A stretch of DNA of 61,706 nucleotides, counting the filler, from Hausera hauseri (taxonomy: Eukaryota), in NCBI GenBank assembly GCA_046269625.1. It is 13 parts of 13 records of this genome, joined end to end, with 100 filler letters (N's around TTAATTAATTAA, not from the genome) between each part and the next. Parts side by side here need not be neighbours in the genome. Positions count along the whole stretch, not along the records: positions 48,390 to 52,741 come from JBJURY010621553.1; positions 52,842 to 57,601 come from JBJURY010446913.1; positions 57,702 to 61,706 come from JBJURY010825750.1; 10 more parts are not named here. One strand, given 5' to 3'. The stretch's first letter is position 1. Each line of letters opens with the position of its first letter. Of this stretch, positions 50,940 through 61,706 are shown in pieces. Made by a program: the position numbers and the translations under genes. The notes under the pieces are model-generated. The model ran no database searches, had not been told where the DNA came from, and saw nothing but the letters and a program-made list of their open reading frames with translations.

Positions 50940-51460
50940 TAATATAACACCAATGAAATCAATGTTTAAACTTCGAAAATCAAAGACATTCAATCGACCA
51001 TCAATTTTTTATAAAGCATTTATTAATTCTAAGGAAAAATTTGTTCTGTTTCGAAGGCTTTCAGGACTTGTTTTACAATCTACCAACGATAAGAATTTTT
51101 TGGAAAAGTTTCGTAAAATTAAGCATCCTTGTTTGATATCAGTAAATCAAGTTTTTGTCACCGAAGAGTTTGATGACCACTCTACTATTTTTATTACCGA
51201 TTATTATCCATATCACTGTACAATTTTGCAAACGTATCTCAGTAATGTTGGAAAGTTAATTGGATTTTCGTCTCGGTTTAATTTGAGTCAACAAGCTCGT
51301 CCATACAGTTCAAAAAAACCGTCTAATCTGAACATGTTACTTGAGGATAAAACTTGGTACTACTTTATTCAAATAATCAATATTAATTCAAATAATGACT
51401 TTCCATCAAACATTCTTTGTTCCCCGAAATACAATTATAAAACCAATCATCGGGTTGTTC
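50940..51460 (+). pseudogene. PAN3: PAN3 pseudokinase fragment, in frame with the HYOU1 fragment
   Basis: FYKA..LFRRLSG..FRKIKHPCLISVNQVFVTEEFDDHSTIFITDYYP..ARPYS..LLEDKTWYYFIQI. Confidence 0.78.
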
Positions 51461-51700
51461 TTATAAATCAAATACTCAATTGGGCTGTTAGATCTGGATA
51501 TTTTAATCAATATCAGTATCGTAACCGTCAGGCATATAAACGTCGCGACAATTTGAGGCCGAGAATAAGGAATAGATTTGAGTGTGTTAAAAATGGTTTG
51601 GCTGTAAATTGCAGACCAAATGGATGGTGTAGTAATTATTGCGTAAAAATGCAGAACTGGTGATTTTTACAATGAGCGCAATACGAAAAATAACTTTACA

Positions 51701-52741
51701 ATGTTCAATCCAATGTGTGTACTTTTTGCAAAATTAGATTTCATGTACGCCCTTAATATTATAACTGAGCACTACCATCCCTATATGAATCGGTTTAACT
51801 TTCTGCTCTCTGGTTTGTCGGGATCTATATCGTTAGAAGTTAGAACCAAATTTCAATTTAATTTTTATAATGATCTGTACGAAATTACAACAACTGAACA
51901 TAAACAAAAGTGTCGTCGTTATTTTAAATTTTTTCAATCACAAATATTCAAGGGTAATAACAATCTCATCCTGTTCAACTTTACGGACATTCTCAATTCG
52001 TCTATAATTGGTCCATTTGAAATAGAAATGTCACCGTCATTTCCGACTCCATCGAAACAATTGCGACCAAAGTCAAGTCCTACGTCACTTAAGTCTTATA
52101 ACAATCATCCTACCGTTAGACAGTGTTCGAGGAACTCAACTCCGACAACTTATTGCTTGACCAGTCCCGACGAAATAACAAAAGGTAATTGTGACAGTTT
52201 TTCGTACATTCAATCATTTAAATACTCGTTGCCCGACATTTATGCTTCAGCTTTTGGCGAATCATTTTTAATTATTAAACTATCATCTGGTTATATTGAA
52301 TTTCACGAAATCGACTTTCAAACTGGTGAAACCGACTGCCGTTTCAACCTACACAGTCACATTGCATCGGTTTTTCAATTGTCCATCTCTCAAAAATCAT
52401 GTTTCATAGCCAGTGGCTACATCAACGATTGGATTAATGCTTTGCACATCAAAGATAGCTGCCTTTTGATCCACCGTTCACATTTATACAAAATTATGAT
52501 GATTGTATCAATTTGTGAATTTAATTTGCAACCTACCATTTTAAAACCAAAATCGCAATTCGCATCTAGTTTGAAATTACCGCTTACAATGTATCGAAGT
52601 ACTGGTCGTCCTACGACGATGGTCACTCATACAAGGGATTCTCTGGTTGAGGGACCGAGCATGTCCGCCCCCGCTGCGCCGCGTCACTTATCCCTGTTAA
52701 TTTTTTTTAATAACACGCACATCAATACCTTTTATGCTCCA
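51701..52741 (+). pseudogene. Mosaic-looking ORF including a single WD40-like segment
   Basis: SSGYIEFHEID..LHSHIASVFQLSISQKSCFIASG, with abrupt compositional changes. Sources not identified. Confidence 0.4.
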
Positions 52742-53607
52742 NNNNNNNNNNNNNNNNNNNNNNNNNNNNNNNNNNNNNNNNNNNNTTAATTAATTAANNN
52801 NNNNNNNNNNNNNNNNNNNNNNNNNNNNNNNNNNNNNNNNNAAAGATGCCCGAGCGTACTCACTTAAACAGATGATCGCATACGGGAGTAGACAGACAAT
52901 TTACATCCACCTAGCAGATGGTGAGATATATTATCGATTTAAAGACCAAGAATGGAACACAAACGAAGGAAGACAATACCGATTCAGTACACTTAGCTTC
53001 TGTAGTCAAGATTTGCAAAATTATGAATTAGAATTCATTGTTTTCGTAATCGCGTTAATTTTGTAATGCAAATGTTCTGCAGCAATTCAAAGCGTGTTAA
53101 TAATAACGACAATTTACTACAAACTTAATTAGTATATAGTAATAAAGAACCAATCCCTACGAGACCAAATGAAACAACAGTCGAATTCATATGAGACAAA
53201 TATGTACATAATTGTCAAACGCCCTAACGAAGTAGGTAAGCAAAGTTGTTAGGAAAACAGATGAGCTAAATTTGTATAACTGTTGAGATTTCTTTGTGTT
53301 TGAAAAGAATTTTATGGCTGTGTTCTTATTGTTGCAATTTGTTCTGTAAGAAGAAAAGAATATTTACAATTGTTTACAAGTTTCTATATGCTGGAAAGAA
53401 CAACTTTATTCTAGGTGGTGAAATAAACGCATACAATACAGTGGTACAATAAGGTTTCATGTTTAACAAATTATTGTTTTTAATTTGGTTATAGGGAATA
53501 TGTTGAAATGTGGGTTATTTCAAGCACAACTATGGCTTAGTAACTTCTAAAAAATGTAGAATGAGTGAATATAACGATATGAAAATTTCTTAAGCACATC
53601 GATATAC

Positions 53608-56600
53608 TGTGCCGGACTAACCATGGCGCAGGTAGCGCACGTACGCCGGGCCTCCGAGCTGTGAGGGCCTTCTAGTCTAAAACAAAAATGACTTTTTAAA
53701 CTCATTCGATACTGATGGGACCTGGGTCCAGCCCTAGGTGCTGGGTTTGATGTAGTCGGTCCGACGGTCCCCGGTCTATTTGTTTACGTCGTCAATTCGC
53801 ATACCTAACATTTTTAAAAACAATTAAAAAATGATTTAATTGCCCCTTTGACATCGTCTACTCTTAACTTGCTTAAGTGTACTATTTGGATCAAGGTTAG
53901 GGTTAGGGTACAGCCGTACGGGTTAAGGACATTACGCTTATGGCGACTCCAAAACTGGCTTACGTTAAAAAATATGTTGCGCATTCAGTACTGCATTCGA
54001 TGTTCGACGATGTACCTCAATTAAAATTTTATTGAAGTTTGAACTCTAAGCTTAAATTTAAGTCTAATGTACATTTTTGTTTAAAAGCTTGATTTGCCTA
54101 CTTCTTTTGTTGTCTATTTACTTCATTGAGCTCATTCCGGTAATGATTTTGATGAATCGTGTCATTTATGTAAAGTATTTTTGTTGGCAATAATAAGTCT
54201 ATTCTTTTTATATTTGGATTTTTCTGTGTCCAAATGACTTATGTAAAACACTTTGCAATTGCTGCCCAGAAAAGAAAACTTAAAGCCAAAGTGGAGATAT
54301 ACATCCATGAAGTTCCAAAAATCAGTGCATTTCTTTCTGTTCATTTGTCTCCTACTCCTGTCTGAACTTTCACCGAAGCTGCTGGGAATTCCGCTGTAGT
54401 CAAAACCTAACCATAAGATAAAACATATGCCGAAACTCCTTCAATATCTGTCGATGCTAAAGTTCTTCCAACATCCGTCGATGCTAACATTCCTCCAACA
54501 TCTTTTGATGCCTCTTAAAATCCTTTGACTACTGCAGAAAACAATTATTCTTTTCCTCTGAGGGATCCTGCTCTCTGGAACACTGCTGATTATCAAATTG
54601 TTTATTATTGGATTTGGTGTGGACCTGAAACGTGTAGGAATCATGATGGCCATTACGCCAAATTATCCATGATCATACATAAAATAAATAGGAAGTTCAG
54701 TAATTCGGCATTTGTGAAAACTCTTCCGTCCGGTAAAACGAAACAGATGAACTGGTTGCTGTATTCGCCGACTACTGGTCGTGTTTTTTGTTTTATTCGC
54801 CTATTATTTTTCAACAGTCAATCATGTTTGGCAAAAGATAGATTCGATGCATGAGATCACATAAACAGACTCTCGGAACATGAAGAATCTGCTGATCATC
54901 GGCGAGCAGTGACCCAGTATCCCATTCGAGTCGCCAACAAAAAGACATTGGATCATGTTCTAATTGAAGAGCATAAAAAAGAAAAACATTATTAGAGAGA
55001 AGTCCTGAAATGTACCGTATCCACTGTGAACTTTCTGGCTGGTCCAGGTCTAGTATTTCGTGGATCCGATGGAAAATTTGGTGGCCTTAGCAAAGGAAAT
55101 TTCCTTGGATGCTTGGAGTTGTTGGTTAAGTACGACCCATTCTTAGCAGGTTATTTTGAAAAGTATGGTAACTCAGGACGTGGTAAAGCATCCTATCTTT
55201 CTTCAACAATCTGTGATGAATTTATTAAACTAATGACTAGTCACTTAAAGAATACAACCCTTAGCGAACTGAAGATTGCGAAGTACTTCTCGTTCACTGT
55301 AGACTCCACTTCAGACATCACACATATCAATCAGTTGACTTTTACTATTCATTATGTTTCAATTAATGGCGATCCAGTTGAGAGATTTATACTGTTCGTT
55401 CCTATTGCTTCTAATACTGGTGAAACTTTGTACCAAGTTATCAGAACAACATTTCAAGATCTTGGAATACCTATGGGTGACTTTGTCGGACAGACGTACA
55501 ACAACACGTCCAATATGTTTGAAATTTTCAACGGATTTCAAGCTAAACTGCTCAATGACAACCCTAGAGACGTTTTATCCCCTGTATGGCTCATTTTCTA
55601 AATCTTCCTGGTAGTACTGCAGCAGAATCCTATGCCCAAATAATTACCTGTTTCGGAGATGTACAGAAATTATACGTGTTTCTGTCGACCTTTGCTTTGC
55701 AGTGGATCTGTTTCTAAGCGACTGAGTAAAACTCGGTGGTCAGTACGTGTTGATGCGCTCACTAGTTTGAACTCAAACTACCAAATGTACCTTTAAGCTA
55801 TGCAATACATCGCCAAATACCCGTTGCAGACGAAAGCTACCCAAGTTGAAGCTGATTCAATGATCAATGCACTGGTGAAGATGAAAACACTTTCTGATAG
55901 CATTTTGGAGCTGTGTTCTGAATAGAACAAATAAGACCAGTAAGTTTCTTTAAAATTAAAAAGCTGGTCTGGGATCTTCAGTTTGTCTTCTTAAATCACT
56001 GAGTGAGTTTGTTGGAATGGATTAGAATGAGTTGTTGAAAACAAGTTCGAAGAGTTTGTTAAGGTGGGGTAGAAATGTCTGGATTATCAAATTTTTCTGA
56101 GAGGCGGAACTGCAGATGATCAAAGTGTTCAAGGCGACACCATGTCTAACCCAGAAGACGAATTTCGAATATCCACTTTTCTGTTGATTATAGATTTCCT
56201 TTTTCTTAATCTAAACAAGAGAATCAAAGCGTACTCAAAGGTCGACGAGCTGTTCTCGTTCTTACAATACACTAATGTAGAAGTAGATGTGTCTTTGAAT
56301 GGAGTCGTAGATTTCTACTCCAAAGATGTGGAAGATGTGAACACAGCGGAGAATGAATGGTTTCAGTGGAGATTACTGCTTAACAACCTCAAGGCTTGAC
56401 TGTTCAATTCCGGAAATCCTGAAACTAATGCGGCAGAATGATTTCAACACATCTTTCCCGACCACCTACATTCTTCTTCGTCTCTATTTGACTCTCCCTG
56501 TAACGAACTGTACCGGTAAACGCTCCCTTACTCACATGAAACGCATTAAATCTGCTCTAGGATCAGCACAAACACAAGAGAGACTAGATAACCTACCTCT

Positions 56601-56859
56601 GTTGAACACTGAAAGTGAATTGCTTCATGAGTTAGACTTTTCCTCAGTTATTGATGCCTTTTGCTTAGCTAGATGTAGGAAGAGATCCTTCTGACTTAAT
56701 TTTTATATACCAATATCATGTGTAAATACTCTACACTTTTGCGCCTGTTTTCGTCAAAAATATGATGATAGAATTTTCTGTTCAAAATCGATTTTACAAC
56801 ATTTGAGAGGTCTCCTTTTCAAAGGGCGCCACGGTCTCCAAAGTCTTAATCTGACTCTG
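53608..56859 (+). mobile_element. hAT transposon (ZMYM1/TTF-zinc-finger type), decayed
   Basis: WLLYSPTTGRVFCF, GNFLGCLELL, YLSSTICDEFI, YFSFTVDSTSDITHINQL and FPTTYILLRLYLTLPVTNCTGKRS. GC-rich subterminal ends. Confidence 0.88.
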
Positions 56860-59800
56860 GACATTAGCATGCATATTTGTGAGCTGAACAGGCACACGAG
56901 CAGATGTTGCGTACGCGTAGCAAGTGCATCCGTTATCAGTAACATGTGCGTCGTTATCATGTGTGATGTAATGGAACAGATGCTTCGTTATTGTGGTACT
57001 GTCTGTCGATACGGCTCCCTGGGGAGTTTTGTCTCCGTTTCACCACTTTTCGGGGCTCGGTTTCTCGCTTCGCAGAATCGCACCTGCCTTCATAGCCATC
57101 CAAAACCTTAATTTTACAAAGCTTCCGAAGTTAAGCTTGCCATACATTCCTTCAAGAATATCAGACTTATACCACTTAACCAACTTGGCAGAGTCAGACC
57201 ATCTCTTTTCTGAAACTCCATTAAAAATGGACAGTTTAACAATAATTTCGGCAATAATATTTTATGACTTTCAACAATTCCTACAACCACTGACTCATAA
57301 TCGTTAATCATGTTTTGCCTGATAGTAAATGATTTCATCAAATTTCGAAATTGTCTTGATGATTGATGTATAATTCGTCGATTATGTTGTACATTATATT
57401 GCAGCTTGAATTTTCTTGGATTTTTTGCAGTTAAAACTTTCGTACACATGTGGATCATTATGACAAAGTTGATAAATGGAAATTTCTCGTCTTGGTTATG
57501 CTGCCCCTTTGTTACAATTTATTTTTACGGGTAATGAACTTATTTCACCTGGGTACTTGATGAATGCAACTTCTATTTGGAATTATTAAATAAATTTAAA
57601 ANNNNNNNNNNNNNNNNNNNNNNNNNNNNNNNNNNNNNNNNNNNNTTAATTAATTAANNNNNNNNNNNNNNNNNNNNNNNNNNNNNNNNNNNNNNNNNNN
57701 NTACACAGTATATATCAAGGTGAATCTCGATGTGCTCTATTTACCTGCACTTGATTCCAATCGATTCCATGAATCCTATGATGCAGTGACAAAGATGTGA
57801 AAAGTGAAAAAGTGTCTTAGCAACCGTATCCAAGAGCACACTTTACTGAAATTTTTTTGATACACATAATTCTTAACCAAATTTAGTATAATTTGCTGAT
57901 TGGTACTTTTGGACTGATCCATGTTGAAACGAAATATATCCTTTTGTTAATCTCCTTTTTCTTAAATTAGTATACAGAGTTAATTATATGAAATGAATAA
58001 CTATGTGAAAACCATGTTTACCAACAAGGCCAAATTAGTGCTTTTAATGCTTTCAAATATTAGAACATTTTTGTACATATTTAATCTCACAAAATGCGTA
58101 AGAAATTTGATATAAATTTCATCACGTTTTTGACCAACGTTTCCCTTAATATTTGATTCATGTATTTTTGATGTTTCCATGGAACTAAAATATATTCACA
58201 CAAATTCTGTTGATAATATATAATGCCAATATTTAAAACCTTTAAGTAGAAATATTTACTAAATATTACTTTTTAATCCGAGGGAACATTAACGACACAC
58301 CATAAATCAGAGTGTTGAAAAACAACGGCTGAAAATAGCGACAAAAAATTTACCAAAGGTTAAAATTGTTATGCATTTATTTTTGAGGTGGTAATTGAAC
58401 GTGCCATTATAGCAATACTGAACTAATATATACCGAAATAATAGAGAAAAGAAATATGCATATAAAGTTTTAATTTTAAGGTTATTGTGCAAAATATGTT
58501 TTTATGAACCTTTATTCAGATTATAGTTTTTATTTTTTATACATGTAAATATTATTTTCAAATTTACTGTTGTCTTTTAACGCCTTATTCCTTTACTGAA
58601 TTTTGACTCATAACTGAATTTATATATTGGTCTATTTTATTATGAAATTGTAGTCTGTTTTGTTTCTTCTAGATTGATCCACTTAAAGGCTTGGCTACCT
58701 TCGAACAATTGGATACAAAAGAAAAATCGAAATTTGAAGTAAGATCTTGTAGTATATAATATTTGTAGAATGCTTGTTAATTAAATTTCTATTCACCTCC
58801 TTTTGACTTTTTGCGACACATTTATGTGATATTTGTTTAAATATTCAGTTGGATTGCATAATCATTTTAATAATTAAACTTTTTCGTCCAATTCAAAAGT
58901 GTATGCAATGCAAAATCAATGTTTTAATTCATTTTATTCTATTGAATTTTTCATGTAAACCAATAGCTTTACATTATCCTTTAAATTATTCCTGTTTAAA
59001 ACGCAGTCGTTGTTGATGAAAAAGCAGAAATAATGATGACACCAAGAAGGACTTTTCAATATCATTAAAGATGCGCTTTTGAAATCCATAATACTTCAAC
59101 AATTTGTACTTCAATCCAATGAAGCAAAACAGAATTATGTGAAGACTGTTCGGGATCTTCAAACATTTGCCGAAAAGTGCGAAGCTACTAACACAAAGCA
59201 GAGATTTATCACGCAATATTTTCATGTTTAAACTGAATAAGTGCTTTGATCTTTCGAATTTTTTGATTATTCATCCAATACAATATCTGATAAAGCAGAT
59301 TTTTTCTAACTGGGTATTATTAAATGTTATCGAAATATCCGAAGTACCGTACAATCGTTACGTATATATAATAGGGGGAAAATTTACCTTTGGCATCGTT
59401 TCCATGGAACTTTGCATATATTGATTGCTGCACAGTGCAATATTTATCGAATCGATCGGGACAAAGTGCTAATCGATAGTGCACATCGACTAATGCACAG
59501 TGCAGTGAAGGTGCACATGTGCAAATGGGTTAAAATCAATAATGTCAGTTTTCCAATAATTTCAATATTGATGATTAGCACATTACGGTGGTTCATTGAC
59601 ACAATATGAATAAATAATTGTCAGATACACAACGGACCACAGCATGCCTTCGTTTGGTTTGACAATGATAATCTGTACAAAATTTCAGCTTTATAGATTC
59701 ATATTTACAGGTCCCTCAAGATGCACTATATGAAACAACAGTAGATATGCAATGCACTTTCCTTTGTAGACTGAATTCATTCAAATTTCTTAAATTTTGA

Positions 59801-59879
59801 TTATTATAATACCGTGTTTACAGTATGTACTCTAATTCACAAATAACTTCAGATTTTATTCTGTTTTTTTTACAGTACG

Positions 59880-61706
59880 ATGAGTAGTTTAATAGTAACA
59901 CGTAGTTGTGACAAATTATGGCTGCTAGGCCATTCGCAAAATGAGATAACTGGTTTTCGGCTTCCTTCCAGAAAACAAGGGCTACAGAAGTACTATTTTC
60001 TTCACAAAACAGAAAAGCTGGTGAAGGCTGAAGCTACAAGGGTGACTATACAGAGTGTCTTCAACTTCTGGAATGCTGCCCACATACCAACCTCGACGAT
60101 GGCATACTCCAAAAAGAGGCTTTTGGCCTTGGTATACGAGTATGATTGTCTGGTAAAGAACAAGAAGCGAACCTCTGAGGCCAACATGCTGAAAATATCA
60201 ATGTTTCAAACCACAATGAAGGATATATTTGATATTAGCCACAAAGACTCCATGTCACTGATGAAAAATCATTAAGTCAGAGATTTTCTCCCGCCCCAGA
60301 AAGACGACAGACAATCATCATCAATGGCTGGAGTAGACACTTTTAGCAAAGAAAACTGCCAAGAAAAGAGCCAGGGATGAAGCCGACAAAAAGAGACGTG
60401 AGAAAGCTAAGATAAATGACAGTCATTTGCATCAGTGGATTCCAGAGAGTTGGAACTTTTTCATCATCCACAGATGTAGAAGTTGAGGACGCTGACCTGA
60501 ACTTTATTGCCACAACTGTTCCAAAAAGAAGCAATTTGGAACGTACTAGTACTCATACATTCCTGAGTCCAGAAGTTACATCAGTTATGGATTGCTTCAA
60601 TATCTCACACCGCAAAGCCATGGCTGCGAACGGAGTTGTGGCAAAAGTAACTGGACAGAGCATTCAGAACAAGACCCTCTCTACCAGCTCAATTCGACGG
60701 CATCGCATGACACAACAGCATCCAATATAGGTCTTTCTCAAGGAGCCTGTGTCAAAATTGAGCAGAGTTTGGGCAGGGATCTCTTTTGCGTTGCTTGCAG
60801 GCAGCATATGCAAGAAATCATTCTTTCATATGTATTCAAGTCTGCATATGGTCCCTCGAAAGGTCTGAACATACCATTCTTCATTAAGTTCAAGGAAACA
60901 TGGCATTCGATTGACTATGATGACTGGTGTTCCTCACTTGATGATCCTGTTTTGTCAGATAGATTCTCAGAGGCAGGGGACCTTGTGCAGCTGAAAGAAA
61001 AGGCAGTGGCATAACTCAAGTCAGCAATCGAATCACCTCACCATACACGTGACGATTACAAAGAGCTGCTAGTCCTTTCCTATGCATTTTAGGAGCACAA
61101 CTTGAAGGAGAATGCATATCAGATTGCCCGGCTTATTCCATCAGGTCAGGATGATGGCAAAGGCAATCTATGCCCTTTAGATCTTCCTTTTCCTAAATCA
61201 GATGTAGCTGTCGCAAAGTGAACTGAAAATTGTAACAGACTTCAGCCACTTCGTCAGCCTCCTGTATAGCTTTTACTTAAATGAAGCACAAATTGCTTCT
61301 CATGCTCCAAAAAACAATCTAGACTTAATAAAGGATTTGCAAATGGGCCCACCTGATCTAGTACTGACCTCTGCGGCTCTCAGTGACTTTAAAAGACATC
61401 TCTGGTATCTGTTAGAATAGCTGGTAGCATTGACATTTTTGACAGTCGCATCTGTCCAGAGGAAAAGCTACAGATGGTCAAGAACTTGGACCTTCTAGAG
61501 CATAAAGATGGCAAGAAACTAAAAAGGCTTGACAAGAATGTTTTCGTAGCAACATGCATTTTTGACTATGTTACCAAGCGAACAAGAAGTTTTTTTGACA
61601 ACATTATTTTTGATGGACAACAAACATCCTTAACCTTTCTCGCAACACCACCAGCAACATGGGAGGATGATGCAACTTATCAGGAGTTTAGGGATGCTGT
61701 ACAGGA
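59880..61706 (+). mobile_element. hATm-like transposase, decayed
   Basis: LPSRKQ..FWNAAHIPT, ACRQHMQEIIL, RDDYKELL, RMMAKAIYAL and FKRHLWYL. Confidence 0.75.

Noticed and set aside
53895-53910. GGTTAGGGTTAGGG telomere-like repeat
   Set aside because: Only two units, inside a transposon; not a telomere.

Overview
This is not one locus. It is 13 unrelated eukaryotic contigs of about 4-6 kb, joined by 100-nt N/TTAATTAATTAA/N linkers. The DNA is AT-rich, and an innexin exon of flatworm type suggests a planarian-like animal. Most of the sequence is decayed transposons: hAT, hATm, Tc1, DD37E, Penelope, MITEs and several LTR families. Four things stand out. (1) Three overlapping copies of a very large LTR retroelement reconstruct an apparently single frame: Gag(CCHC) - orphan helical region - ubiquitin-like domain - AT-hook - internal signal peptide - chuvirus-like fusion glycoprotein - PTAP tail - aspartic protease. 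This places env between gag and pol. (2) A CsRn1-like Ty3/gypsy family has a Gag that begins with an 80-aa ubiquitin-like module ending in RLRGG. (3) Two intronless, same-strand mosaics of host-gene fragments (AGTPBP1-HYOU1-PAN3 and XRN1-DNAH2) each abut that CsRn1-like family. (4) An env-position membrane ORF carries a catalytically dead REXO4/ISG20-like exonuclease. All family assignments come from motif recognition by eye; no searches were run.
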